The notes beneath the pieces were generated by a model. The model ran no database searches and was not told the origin of the DNA. It saw only the letters and a list, made by a program, of their open reading frames with translations. Source: Macrostomum lignano (lineage: Eukaryota). Taken from it: a DNA stretch of 64,000 nucleotides. Of the stretch, positions 39,995-52,827 are shown piece after piece. The position numbers and the translations under genes were made by a program. How positions within the stretch are numbered: position 1 is the first letter of the stretch; the number at the start of each line of letters is the position of its first letter. The stretch lies in the NCBI GenBank assembly GCA_002269645.1, contig NIVC01000087.1, positions 1 through 64,000 of the forward strand, in the 5' to 3' direction.

Positions 39995-40287
39995 ATCACA
40001 CAAGAAAATCGGTAGAGAATTGCCATAGATATCGAAGCCGTGAACTTGAACCCAACCTCGTTGGCCTGGGGTCTGCGATTCCCGCCTACATATATGGGGC
40101 TAACCTACTAGCCAGTGTTCCCGTGCATGTGACTATGAGAAAGCCAGGACCAAGCGCGCCTGCGTACATATAGGTAATCAGTGCGCTTGTGCGCGCTCCA
40201 CAGACTGCCGGCCTCCTCGCTGGCTGGGGTCGCCTAAAACCTTCCCGCAAACTGACTAGTGCCCTAACCCATCATGCTTCCATATAG

Positions 40288-40625
40288 GTCACGAGCGACG
40301 CCGGGTCAACGCGACTGGCCGCGTCGACGGTGCCAATTCGGGCGTTGTTGTCGTAGCAACCAGCCAGCCGCAGTCGGGCACGCAGGCGGTGGGCGGCAGC
40401 AGCGGCTATTTGAACTACGCATTCCACTTCAAGGCGCCGGTCACGGTGCACCCGTACGGGCCGCCGCCAGCTTACACCGCCGAGGCGCCGCCGCCGCCGT
40501 ACTGCGAGGCCGCCGCCGAACAGGCGTCGACTTCGGGAGTAGCGACGGCAACGGCGTCGGCGATGGTGCAGCAGCAGCAGCCACGGTCAGCAGCCGCCAT
40601 GGAGCCATCGGCGCCGGAAATTTGA
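40288..40625 (+). CDS. Spec3/Stum-family protein, probable exon 3 (cytoplasmic tail with PPAY and PPPY motifs); spliced product ~222 aa
   Basis: Acceptor TTCCATATAG at 40287; phase 1 joins in frame (QSG HERRRVNATG...) to the GC-rich ORF ending MEPSAPEI-stop. Confidence 0.7.
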
Positions 40626-40764
40626 GTTATTAGCGGAACAGCCAAATTATTAGCGACTGCGAATCTCTTGACTTGTAGCTGGCGATCCGTCATTGCTCAG
40701 ATTGAATGTACAGACGGTAGGGACTTTATATATATAGTTGCCAGACTTGTGCTTGTACAATCTA

Positions 40765-41300
40765 TCAGATATGGGTGTTCAAACAGGTAGACATGGGTGC
40801 TCAAACAGGTGGATATGGGTGTTCAAACAGGTGGATATGGGTGTTCAAACAGGTGGATATGGGTGTTCAAACAGGTGGATATGGGTGTTCAAACAGGTGG
40901 ATATGGGTGTTCAAACAGGTGGATATGGGTGTTCAAACAGTTAGATATGGGTGTTCAAACAGTTAGATATGGGTGTTCAAACAGGTGGATATGAGTGTTC
41001 AAACAGGTGGATATGGGTGTTCAAACAGGTGGATATGAGTGTTCAAACAGGTGGATATGGGTGTTCAAACAGGTGGATATGAGTGTTCAAACAGGTGGAT
41101 ATGAGTGTTCAAACAGGTGGATATGAGTGTTCAAACAGGTGGATATGGGTGTTCAAACAGGTAGATAATGGGTGTTCAAACAGTTAGATATGGGTGTTCA
41201 AACAGGTAGATAATGGGTGTTCAAACAGGTGGATATGGGTGTTCAAACAGGCAGATATGGGTGTCCAAACAGGCAGATATGGGTGTTCAAACAGGCAGAT
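40765..41300. repeat. 22-bp minisatellite GGATATGGGTGTTCAAACAGGT
   Basis: Direct tandem copies. Confidence 0.95.
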
Positions 41301-41827
41301 ATATGTACAAAATATTGCACTCCGTGTCTAACAGGTGAAAATTCATCAAGGTTTTACTAATAATCTACCAATCAGTTTTCACTTGCACTCTCAGACATGT
41401 ACTTTAACACTGCGGTCAATACTACATGTACTCCTAGCATGAGGCTCTCTTGCACTTTTAATTGATAACTAATTAATCGATTTTTGTCATGTATAGAACT
41501 CAGAGCGAAAGGTCACACACTGATTTGCGCTCGCGGCCTATCTATCAATAATTTAGACAGGTAGTTTATTTTCACAAAGCTAAATTAATAAACCTAATGA
41601 GCAAATCGTTTCGGGCTGTTATCTACCGAAAATTATTTCGACAGGAAACAGGATTGTTATTCTATGCACAAACTGACAGATAGTAAAGTAGCATTGTAGA
41701 CACGATTTAGTTTACAATCTAAATTTATAATAACTTTTTATTTTTTACAGAAAAGCGCAAAGCAAGCACTAGACAAAATATGTTCGATAACAACATGAGA
41801 TAATACATTAACAGCTTTGATTGAGGT

Positions 41828-42820
41828 TAGAGTGGAGGATCTGAGGATGAGGTGGAGTCAGAGTGGAGGATCTGAGGATGAGGTGGAGTCAGAGTGGAGG
41901 ATCTGAGGATGAGGTGGAGTCAGAGTGGAGGATCTGAGGATGAGGTGGAGTCAGAGTGGAGGATCTGAGGATGAGGTGGAGTCAGAGTGGAGGATCTGAG
42001 GATGAGGTGGAGTCAGAGTGGAGGATCTGAGGATGAGGTGGAGTCAGAGTGGAGGATCTGAGGATGAGGTGGAGTCAGAGTGGAGGATCTGAGGATGAGG
42101 TGGAGTCAGAGTGGAGGATCTGAGGATGAGGTGGAGTCAGAGTGGAGGATCTGAGGATGAGGTGGAGTCAGAGTGGAGGATCTGAGGATGAAGTGGAGTC
42201 AGAGTGGAGGATCTGAGGATGAGGTGGAGTCAGAGTGGAGGATCTGAGGATGAAGTGGAGTCAGAGTGGAGGATCTGAGGATGAGGTGGAGTCAGAGTGG
42301 AGGATCTGAGGCAGGATGGGGTGGTGTCAGGGTGGAGGATCTGAGGCAGGATGGGGTGGTATCAGGCTGGAGGATCTGAGGCAGGATGGGGTGGTGTCAG
42401 AGTGGAGGATCTGAGGCAGGATGGGGTGGTGTCAGAGTGGAGGATCTGAGGCAGGATGGGGTGGTGTCAGGGTGGAGGATCTGAGGCAGAATGGGGTGGT
42501 GTCAGGGTGGAGGATCTGAGGCAGGATAGGGTGTCAGAGTGGAGGATCTGAGGCAGGATGGGGTGGTGTCAGAGTGGAGGATCTGAGGCAGGATGGGGTG
42601 GTGTCAGGGTGGAGGATCTGAGGCAGAATGGGGTGGTGTCAGGGTGGAGGATCTGAGGCAGGATGGGGTGTCAGAGTGGAGGATCTGAGGCAGGATGGGG
42701 TGTCAGAGTGGAGGATCTGAGGCAGGATGGGGTGGTGTCAGGGTGGAGGATCTGAGGCAGGATGGGGTGGTGTCAGGGTGGAGGATCTGAGGCAGGATGG
42801 GGTGGTGTCAGGGTGGAGGA
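41828..42820. repeat. Compound G-rich minisatellite: 31-bp GAGTGGAGGATCTGAGGATGAGGTGGAGTCA switching at ~42310 to a ~35-bp GGGTGGAGGATCTGAGGCAGGATGGGGTGGTGTCA
   Basis: Direct tandem copies sharing GTGGAGGATCTGAGG. Confidence 0.95.
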
Positions 42821-43814
42821 AAAACTAACAACCGTGAACGGTGAATTAACTGCGACAAGGACACAGAAGCCTCCGCAAGTGCATTGGCAGGTATGCTCTG
42901 CTTTGACAACAATAATACAAAATTCGAAGGGCTCAATGCGATCAACCAGAATAACAAAAAATTCTGGCGTTGGAATGTGCGTAACTAGAAGGAATTTACT
43001 AATACTTAGCACTGAGTATTTAGCACTGAGGGCAAGACATGATTATAAAAGCAAAGGCCTTGTAGCAAACGAGAGCAAGGCATATTGATGTAGGAAAATT
43101 TGCAGCTAGCAACAGTGTCATGAATAAGACCATGTGTACCATGTTTAAATGTCCATATGTTTAAATTTCCATCTGTCTTGGTGTCCGTGTGTCTAAATGT
43201 CGGTGTGTCTAAATTTCCATGTGTCTTGGTGTCCGTGTGTCTAAATTTCCATGTGGGTTAGTGTCCATGAGTCTAAATTTCCAAGTGTCTAAATGTCCGT
43301 GTCTTTTGGTGTCAATCTACCTTAGCAGCTGATTTAATACTTAGTTCAGATTTTAGCCAGCCTGAATGTAAAGCAGAAAAGCGATAAACTTCAATATTAA
43401 TACACTCGCACGGTGGCTACTGTTAGTAGTAGTCTAATTGGACGCAGACAGTTGCGAGTGCAGATAAAAACGAGCATGACATGCATAATGCGATGGAATC
43501 TGGACTGTAATGAAACTGTAGCTACGCCATCAAGCAGTTCCCAGGGACAGAAGCTTACACATCATTAGCTTACAATAGAGATTCAATGTGCAAAAAAATA
43601 ACATGTGCAGACACTGACTGGATATTCTCTGACAACACTTGCCAGCGAAAAGTGTGCCACCTGTAAACTAACAGAGCGTCTTGATCGAAAGTTCTTTTTC
43701 GTAAATATTAATTCGATAATTTTTTTTAAAGAGACATACAAGAAGAAAAGATTAAAGACAAGAGAAGCAGGTAAATACAGGAGACAACATCAAAGACATG
43801 TACAGCAAAGAATA

Positions 43815-44155
43815 CCATAGTAACCTACGCAATCATAGTAGCCATAATAACCTACGCGTCTCTAGTAACCATAGTAACCTACGCGTCTATAGTTACCATA
43901 GTAACCTACGCGCTATAGTAACCTACGCGTCTATAGTTACCATAGTAACCTACGCGTCTATAGTAACCAACGCGTCTATAGTTACCATGGTAACCTACGC
44001 GTCTATAGTTACCATAGTAACCTACGCGTCTATAGTTACCATAGTAACCTACGCGTCTATAGTAACCTACGCGTCTATAGTTACCATAGTAACCTACGCG
44101 TCTATAGTAACCTACGCGTCTATAGTTACCATAGTAACCTACGCGTCCATAGTAA
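43815..44155. repeat. 18/27-bp minisatellite (TATAGTTACCA)TAGTAACCTACGCGTC overlapping the stop codon of nuclear receptor NR-1
   Basis: Tandem copies; the last codons VTMDA-stop of NR-1 are one repeat unit. Confidence 0.9.
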
Positions 44156-44840
44156 CCAAAGACGGCTCGCTGTTAACGGAAGATTGCAGCATCTCAGAGA
44201 AAAGCTGCGGCATTCTAATGGCCTGCCTATCAAAATAGGAGGACCAGAAGCCCAAACAGAATAATCGAATCGAGTTGATGCGGCCTGACAGAGCCATCAA
44301 TTTGCCGCGGCGGACAACATCCGGACAGATTCGGCGAAGCTCTCTAAGAAAAGTCGACTGCAACTTGTCGATTTCGTCCGGATTGTCGAAATGCTGGCCT
44401 GGCGGGCACTGCAACATAAAGATTGCTTTAAGCAGCAGGAATTCGATGCGACTGACGTTCCACTCGGTGAGCAGTCGAGCTGTCAATCGAATCTGCTGGC
44501 TGGCACGCATGGCCAGGCTGCTGTTGAACGCGCTCACCCGGCCTGGGGGCACGCAGACGTTTGCCGCGAAGTACAGCAGGCCGGTGAAGGGCACCGAGTT
44601 CATGGACAGCTCGAATGAGACCAGACCGGCCCAGTGGGCCTGCAACAGGCGGATGCGGTCGGGCATGGCGACCCGGCTAAAGCCCGGCAAGTCTTTGGCG
44701 AACTGTACCAGCCTGGCCGAGTGGGCATCCAGACAGGGCAGGACAATCACGGCCAGTTCGCGCGGCTCCACGGAGAGGAAATCTTCGCCCATTGTTGATG
44801 TTTCCATTGAGAACTGGGGCCTGTCCATGGAGCGGATGGT
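44139..44840 (-). CDS. ERR/NR3-like nuclear receptor NR-1, exon 3 (whole ligand-binding domain)
   Basis: LVQFAKDLPGFSRVAMPDRIRLLQAHW (LBD signature), SVPF, EFLLLKAI, RRGKLM, AF-2-like LFSEML; acceptor TTGCAG at 44841, phase 0. Confidence 0.88.
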   Translation of the reverse strand, partial: TIRSMDRPQFSMETSTMGEDFLSVEPRELAVIVLPCLDAHSARLVQFAKDLPGFSRVAMPDRIRLLQAHWAGLVSFELSMNSVPFTGLLYFAANVCVPPGRVSAFNSSLAMRASQQIRLTARLLTEWNVSRIEFLLLKAIFMLQCPPGQHFDNPDEIDKLQSTFLRELRRICPDVVRRGKLMALSGRINSIRLFCLGFWSSYFDRQAIRMPQLFSEMLQSSVNSEPSLVTMDA

Positions 44841-45224
44841 CTGCAACCGACGGTGAGGCGATGCAGATATTCAAGTTACTGAGAGGCATTCACAACGGTT
44901 GCTGAGCTTCTAGAGGTGTGGGGCGGCCGGGTGTTGGCAGAGCAGCGTCTGAATCTTGCGCCGCGAACCCTGGTTCGATTCCGTGCGTTACATCACAGCC
45001 ATGAGGGCCAACCCCTCAAAGACGATTAGAAAGTCAGGGGCCGATGTACACCTGTGTGAGCTGTGTATGAGTGCGTGACTGCGTACAGTATTGGTGCGCT
45101 TGTATGTTGCTCAGGAGTCTGCGGAACGGCCAGAATTTGCCTCAGCGCTGGTTGTAAAATATGAACTCAGGAACAGGTACAGAGGCTCAAGAGGGTGCGG
45201 GCAGACATACGCGGAGCTCCTTAC

Positions 45225-45548
45225 TTTACACAGTTCGCTTTCGACTTCTCCAGCAGACGGTGAGGCTGTGCGCGGCGTGTCAGCGCTGGAATTCGTTGAA
45301 GCTGCCGGACCAGAAGCTGCTTGATTCGCCGCGGCGGCGGCTCGAGCGGCGGCTCTGGCAGCGGCCCTGGCGGCTGAGGCCTCAGCCCGGTGCAGCCGGG
45401 GGTATCGCTCCGACTCGGTGCCAGGAGCTACCGTGCGCAGCATGCCCGGCTGCATCCCGGACATGAGGCAGCGGCGCCACCGGCAGGCGGGGCACTGCTT
45501 CCGGCTGGCGTTGTTCACCGGACACAGCGGCGACTGCTGTTTCGGGTC
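45225..45548 (-). CDS. Nuclear receptor NR-1, exon 2 (second half of zinc finger 2, hinge)
   Basis: [24 protein letters not shown]; acceptor after a pyrimidine tract (AATTCAG), donor GTAAGG at 45224; exact ends could shift to nearby alternative sites. Confidence 0.8.
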
Positions 45549-45592
45549 CTGAATTGGGGGACGGGCGGGGACTGTGCTGCGGCTGAGGCTGT

Positions 45593-45624
<32 letters not shown>

Positions 45625-45653
45625 CAGACACACAGACAGACAGACACAGACAC

Positions 45654-45694
<41 letters not shown>

Positions 45695-45709
45695 GACAGA
45701 CACACAGGC

Positions 45710-45750
<41 letters not shown>

Positions 45751-45975
45751 CACAGACACACAGACAGACAGACAGACACACAGACAGACACACACTCTGA
45801 CAGACAGACACACAGACAGACACACAGACACACAGACAGACACACAGACAGACAGACAGACACACAGACAGACACACAGACAGACACACAGACAGACAGA
45901 CAGACAGACAGACACACAGACAGACACACAGACAGACACACAGACAGACACACAGACAGACAGACAGACAGACAG
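45593..45975. repeat. (GACA/CACA)n microsatellite inside NR-1 intron 1, which splits the DNA-binding domain
   Basis: Direct reading. Confidence 0.97.
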
Positions 45976-46000
45976 ATGCATAGCAAGTCAATCCTCTCAC

Positions 46001-46201
46001 CTGCAGAAACGGCTGGTACTGACCGTCGGTACTGCTAGCGCACAGGTAAGTCAGGCAGGAGTGCACAGTCCGCTTAAAGAAAGCTTTACAAGCATTGCAC
46101 GTAGCGGCTCCGTAGTGCACGCCGGTGGCGGTCAGGCCACAGACGGCGCACAAACCGACGCCAGAAAATTGAGGGTTCAGTGGGTCGGAGTAGTCGGTCA
46201 T
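46001..46201 (-). CDS. Nuclear receptor NR-1, exon 1 (zinc finger 1, P-box CNACKA); spliced product ~408 aa from ATG 46201
   Basis: [29 protein letters not shown] = C4 zinc finger; donor GTGAGA at 46000; the true start may lie in an upstream exon. Confidence 0.85.
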
Positions 46202-46479
46202 GAGGAAGTGTTGGGACTCAGTCTGCGGCAACCTTTGCCTGTAGCTGCAAGATGGCTGTTACTGTCTGCGTCGACGTTGCTGGCTCTGAAGTCATAATTT
46301 GATTTCGAAGATTTAGCTAAATAAAAGTTTTCGTTTTTAGTATATCTGACTTAAGCTTTAAATTTTAGGCGCTTAGACCAAGGATTTACAAAAAAAACCT
46401 AACACACCACTTAGATACATCCCAATCTCAAACATCTTAACTCACCTTCCCCTCACCAATGTACACATAATCAAACCCT

Positions 46480-49400
46480 TCACTATATCCCAGTCAATTT
46501 ACACACGCTCAAACCCTTCCCCAACCCCACCAACGTACACACGCTCAAAACCTTCACAACACCAGCCAATGTACACCCGCTCAAGTCCTTCACTATCCCA
46601 GCCAATGTACACCCGCTCAAGTCCTTCACTATCCCAGCCAATGTACACCCGCTCAAACCATTCACTGCCGCAGCCAATGTACACCCGCTCAAACCATTCA
46701 CTGCCCCAGCCAATGTACACCCGCTCAAACCATTCACTGCCCCAGCCAATGTACACCCGCTCAAACCATTCACTGCCCCAGTCAATGTACACCCGCTCAT
46801 CAAACACTTCACTGCCCCAGCCAATGCACACCCGCTCATCAAACACTTCACTGCCCCAGCCAATGCACACCCGCTCATCAAACACTTCACTGCCCCAGCC
46901 AATGCACACCCGCTCATCAAACACTTCACTGCCCCAGCCAATGCACACCCGCTCATCAAACACTTCACTGCCCCAGCCAATGCACACCCGCTCATCAAAC
47001 ACTTCACTGCCCCAGCCAATGCACACCCGCTCATCAAACACTTCACTACCCCAGCCAATGCACACCCGCTCATCAAACACTTCACTGCCCCAGCCAATGC
47101 ACACCCGCTCATCAAACACTTCACTACCCCAGCCAATGCACACCCGCTCATCAAACACTTCACTACCCCAGCCAATGCACACCCGCTCATCAAACACTTC
47201 ACTGCCCCAGCCAATGCACACCCGCTCATCAAACACTTCACTGCCCCAGCCAATGCACACCCGCTCATCAAACACTTCACTGCCCCAGCCAATGCACACC
47301 CGCTCATCAAACACTTCACTACCCCAGCCAATGCACACCCGCTCATCAAACACTTCACTGCCCCAGCCAATGTACACCCGCTCATCAAACACTTCACTGC
47401 CCCAGCCAATGCACACCCGCTCATCAAACACTTCACTGCCCCAGCCAATGCACACCCGCTCATCAAACACTTCACTGCCCCAGCCAATGCACACCCGCTC
47501 ATCAAACACTTCACTGCCCCAGCCAATGCACACCCGCTCATCAAACACTTCACTGCCCCAGCCAATGCACACCCGCTCATCAAACACTTCACTGCCCCAG
47601 CCAATGCACACCCGCTCATCAAACACTTCACTGCCCCAGCCAATGCACACCCGCTCATCAAACACTTCACTGCCCCAGCCAATGCACACCCGCTCATCAA
47701 ACACTTCACTGCCCCAGCCAATGTACACCCGCTCATCAAACACTTCACTGCCCCAGCCAATGCACACCCGCTCATCAAACCATTCACTGCCCCAGCCAAT
47801 GTACACCCGCTCATCAAACACTTCACTGCCCCAGCCAATGCACACCCGCTCATCAAACACTTCACTGCCCCAGCCAATGCACACCCGCTCATCAAACACT
47901 TCACTGCCCCAGCCAATGCACACCCGCTCATCAAACACTTCACTGCCCCAGCCAATGCACACCCGCTCATCAAACACTTCACTGCCCCAGCCAATGCACA
48001 CCCGCTCATCAAACACTTCACTGCCCCAGCCAATGCACACCCGCTCATCAAACACTTCACTGCCCCAGCCAATGCACACCCGCTCATCAAACACTTCACT
48101 GCCCCAGCCAATGCACACCCGCTCATCAAACACTTCACTGCCCCAGCCAATGTACACCCGCTCATCAAACACTTCACTGCCCCAGCCAATGCACACCCGC
48201 TCATCAAACCATTCACTGCCCCAGCCAATGTACACCCGCTCATCAAACACTTCACTGCCCCAGCCAATGCACACCCGCTCATCAAACCATTCACTGCCCC
48301 AGCCAATGCACACCCGCTCATCAAACACTTCACTGCCCCAGCCAATGCACACCCGCTCATCAAACACTTCACTGCCCCAGCCAATGCACACCCGCTCATC
48401 AAACACTTCACTACCCCAGCCAATGCACACCCGCTCATCAAACACTTCACTGCCCCAGCCAATGCACACCCGCTCATCAAACACTTCACTGCCCCAGCCA
48501 ATGCACACCCGCTCATCAAACACTTCACTGCCCCAGCCAATGCACACCCGCTCATCAAACACTTCACTGCCCCAGCCAATGCACACCCGCTCATCAAACA
48601 CTTCACTGCCCCAGCCAATGCACACCCGCTCATCAAACACTTCACTACCCCAGCCAATGCACACCCGCTCATCAAACACTTCACTACCCCAGCCAATGCA
48701 CACCCGCTCATCAAACACTTCACTGCCCCAGCCAATGCACACCCGCTCATCAAACACTTCACTGCCCCAGCCAATGCACACCCGCTCATCAAACACTTCA
48801 CTGCCCCAGCCAATGTACACCCGCTCATCAAACACTTCACTGCCCCAGCCAATGCACACCCGCTCATCAAACACTTCACTGCCCCAGCCAATGTACACCC
48901 GCTCATCAAACACTTCACTGCCCCAGCCAATGCACACCCGCTCATCAAACACTTCACTGCCCCAGCCAATGCACACCCGCTCATCAAACACTTCACTGCC
49001 CCAGCCAATGCACACCCGCTCATCAAACACTTCACTGCCCCAGCCAATGCACACCCGCTCATCAAACACTTCACTGCCCCAGCCAATGCACACCCGCTCA
49101 TCAAACACTTCACTGCCCCAGCCAATGCACACCCGCTCATCAAACACTTCACTGCCCCAGCCAATGCACACCCGCTCATCAAACACTTCACTGCCCCAGC
49201 CAATGCACACCCGCTCATCAAACACTTCACTGCCCCAGCCAATGTACACCCGCTCATCAAACACTTCACTGCCCCAGCCAATGCACACCCGCTCATCAAA
49301 CCATTCACTGCCCCAGCCAATGTACACCCGCTCATCAAACACTTCACTGCCCCAGCCAATGCACACCCGCTCATCAAACCATTCACTGCCCCAGCCAATG

Positions 49401-49915
49401 CACACCCGCTCATCAAACACTTCACTGCCCCAGCCAATGCACACCCGCTCATCAAACACTTCACTGCCCCAGCCAATGCACACCCGCTCATCAAACACTT
49501 CACTGCCCCAGCCAATGCACACCCGCTCATCAAACACTTCACTGCCCCAGCCAATGCACACCCGCTCATCAAACACTTCACTGCCCCAGCCAATGCACAC
49601 CCGCTCATCAAACACTTCACTGCCCCAGCCAATGCACACCCGCTCATCAAACACTTCACTGCCCCAGCCAATGCACACCCGCTCATCAAACACTTCACTG
49701 CCCCAGCCAATGCACACCCGCTCATCAAACACTTCACTGCCCCAGCCAATGCACACCCGCTCATCAAACACTTCACTGCCCCAGCCAATGTACACCCGCT
49801 CATCAAACACTTCACTACCCCAGCCAATGCACACCCGCTCATCAAACACTTCACTGCCCCAGCCAATGCACACCCGCTCATCAAACACTTCACTGCCCCA
49901 GCCAATGTATACACG
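46480..49915. repeat. 39-bp minisatellite CCCAGCCAATG(C/T)ACACCCGCTCATCAAACACTTCACTGC (~85 copies; 36-bp variants at the left end)
   Basis: caaacac at 46801 and 46840. Confidence 0.98.
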
Positions 49916-50679
49916 CTTAAAACCCACTATTCAATGCTCCAGTTCTGAAAACTGTATTGCCTTAACGAATCTAATGAATCTACTTAAAGATCTCAGTACG
50001 ATAATACTGAGTGAGAACAACTTGGTAAACTTAATATTTCCAATACAGTTAAAAAATTTGGAAAAATAGAAAAAAGCATAAAAATTGAAACCTTTATTAT
50101 TATTAGTATGTACGAGTATTTTGGTACAAAGCGATAATGTGGGATTTTATTGGAATACATTACTTCCATCCAAATACAATTAAATACAGGTTCCTACTAA
50201 TCTAATTGGAATGATGTCTACTTTAAAAAGTAATTAATCAGGTCATTAACAAAAGCGTGGAAGGACATTGAAAGGCAGGGCGTAAAAATAAATAAATCAC
50301 AGCTTCTGACCCTTAAATATAATACTTATACATCGGTAAAATTGAAAAAATTTAGCAATCGGAATAACAATGATGGCTTTAAACGGTTTAACAAGTCCTG
50401 CTAGGAATCTAAGACGATTAAGGCAGTGAGTAAGACTAAAATAATCGAATTATAAGCATTTCAAAAAGGATTGTTGCATTTGATAAACTTGCTAAACGAT
50501 TTCGAAAGCATCAGGGAAAAGTCAATGTTACACGAATGAGTAGAGTAGTTGGTTAAAATGATAGAAATTCAAATACTGTATGCTGCTCAGAATCAAACTA
50601 ACAGAGTCAAATTGTGCGCGACTATGTACAAATAGCCGTAAAACTCGATTGATTATAAACGATTGCTAATAAGCCACAG

Positions 50680-51680
50680 TATACACGCTCAAGTCCTTCC
50701 CTACCCCAGCCAATGTACACACGCTCAAGTCCTTCCCTACCCCAGCCAATGTACACACGCTCAAGTCCTTCCCTACCCCAGCCAATGTACACACGCTCAA
50801 GTCCTTCCCTACCCCAGCCAATGTACACACGCTCAAGTCCTTCCCTACCCCAGCCAATGTACACACGCTCAAGTCCTTCCCTACCCCAGCCAATGTACAC
50901 ACGCTCAAGTCCTTCCCTACCCCAGCCAATGTACACACGCTCAAGTCCTTCCCTACCCCAGCCAATGTACACACGCTCAAGTCCTTCCCTACCCCAGCCA
51001 ATGTACACACGCTCAAGTCCTTCCCTACCCCAGCCAATGTACACACGCTCAAATCCTTCACTATCCCAGCTCAAGTCCTTCCCTACCCCAGCCAATGTAC
51101 ACACGCTCAAGTCCTTCCCTACCCCAGCCAATGTACACACGCTCAAGTCCTTCCCTACCCCAGCCAATGTACACACGCTCAAGTCCTTCCCTACCCCAGC
51201 CAATGTACACACGCTCAAGTCCTTCCCTACCCCAGCCAATGTACACACGCTCAAATCCTTCACTATCCCAGCTCAAGTCCTTCCCTACCCCAGCCAATGT
51301 ACACACGCTCAAGTCCTTCCCTACCCCAGCCAATGTACACACGCTCAAGTCCTTCCCTACCCCAGCCAATGTACACACGCTCAAATCCTTCACTATCCCA
51401 GCTAATGTGCACACGCTCAAATCCTTCACTATCCCAGCCAATGTACACACGCTCAAACCCTTCACTATCCCAGCCAATGTACACACGCCCAAACCCTTCC
51501 CCACCCCAGCTAATGTACACACGCCCAAAACCTTACCCACCCCAGCTAATGTACACACGCCCAAACCCTTCCCCACCCCAGCCAATGTACACACGCTCAA
51601 ATCCTTCACTACCCCAGCCAATGTATACACGCTCAATTCCTTCACTACCCCAGCCAATGTACACACGCCCAAACCCTTCC
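50680..51680. repeat. 36-bp minisatellite CCCAGCCAATGTACACACGCTCAAGTCCTTCCCTAC, same family as the 39-bp array
   Basis: Shared CCCAGCCAATGYACAC core. Confidence 0.96.
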
Positions 51681-51729
51681 CAGTCATCAAAGTGTGCCAA
51701 TAAGTTAATAAATCGACAAATTTGCTAGA

Positions 51730-52050
51730 TTAAATCCGCCTCGACGATACAGCGTGAGGAAATTCATTCAACGAAAACTCCAGCATCTCGGACACGAGCT
51801 GCGGCGGCAGGAAGGCGTTGCTACGTACAACAGTAGACCAGAAACCAACTGAAGCAATCTTCAACGCCATCAGGTTGTTCATAAGCAGCAGCAGACTGCT
51901 GCGGCGCAGGCTATCCGGGCAGAGCTGGCGCAACTCGCGCAGGTAGCTGGTCTGCACCAGCTCGATTTGGCCGGGATCTTGCCAGCCATGTCCGGCAGAA
52001 CCCTCAAATAAAAATATTGCTTTTAGAAGCAGAAATTCCGATCGGGTTAC
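51730..52050 (-). CDS. ERR/NR3-like nuclear receptor NR-2, exon 4 (C-terminal LBD)
   Basis: VTRSEFLLLKAIFLF...YLRELRQLCPD...LVSEMLEF; acceptor TTTTTTCAG at 52051; 321 bp. Confidence 0.85.
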   Translation of the reverse strand, partial: VTRSEFLLLKAIFLFEGSAGHGWQDPGQIELVQTSYLRELRQLCPDSLRRSSLLLLMNNLMALKIASVGFWSTVVRSNAFLPPQLVSEMLEFSLNEFPHAVSSRRI

Positions 52051-52149
52051 CTGAAAAAAGAGAAATTAAGAAAATTTGATTAAAAAAAGGCACGTAACAA
52101 AAGTGTGCCCAAATACTTTCCGAGAATGTACAGCCCCCTTTTCTAAACC

Positions 52150-52510
52150 CTCCCCTCAACACGCCTATTAATGTACACCTGCTCTCAACCCTCTCCTCAA
52201 CACGCCCCTCAACAGTACACCAGCTTTAAGCCCTCCCCTCAACACGCCTATTAATGTACACCCGCTCCTACCCTCAACACGCCTATTAATGTACACCCGC
52301 TCCTCCCCTCAACACGCCTATTAATGTACACCCGCTCCTCCCCTCAACACGTCTATTAATGTACACCCGCTCCTCCCCTCAACACGCCTATTAATGCACA
52401 CCCGCTCCTCCCCTCAACATGCCTATTAATGTACACTGGCTCTAACCCTCCCCTCAACACGCCTAATAATGTACACTGGCTCTAACCCTCCCCCCAACAC
52501 GCCCACGAAT
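52150..52510. repeat. ~35-bp minisatellite CCCCTCAACACGCCTATTAATGTACACCCGCTCCT in NR-2 intron 3
   Basis: Direct tandem copies; related to the ATGTACACCCGCTC family. Confidence 0.85.
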
Positions 52511-52629
52511 GCGCAACTTCAGTAACCCTTCCATTAAGAGCTCAACAGGCGCTTAACTTTCTAATTTGTAAAAAAAAATTACTCCTATAATTCAACACTC
52601 TTCTCTTGACAGAAATGAATTCCAGTCAC

Positions 52630-52827
52630 CTGCCACAGGGTAAGCCATCGAATCAAGCAGCGCAGGTGTTGACCAGTTTTCGGCGAGAAGAAGCCGCGAA
52701 ATTGAAGACCGTATGCTTCATTTATACTCAGGTCTGAGCAGAACACGATGTTGCCATTGTAGGGGACTGAGTTCATCGCTACCTCAAATGCGATTAATTC
52801 AAGGCAGTGAAGCTGCAACAACAGCAC
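52630..52827 (-). CDS. Nuclear receptor NR-2, exon 3 (mid-LBD)
   Basis: VLLLQLHCLELIAFEVAMNSVPYNGNIVFCSDL; acceptor TTTTGACAG at 52828, donor GTGACT at 52629; 198 bp, phase 0/0. Confidence 0.85.

Noticed and set aside
46483-50069. Three >1,100-aa ORFs (two - strand, one + strand)
   Set aside because: A 39-bp unit (a multiple of 3) lacking stops in three frames gives long ORFs automatically; variants are not biased to synonymous sites and there is no unique domain.
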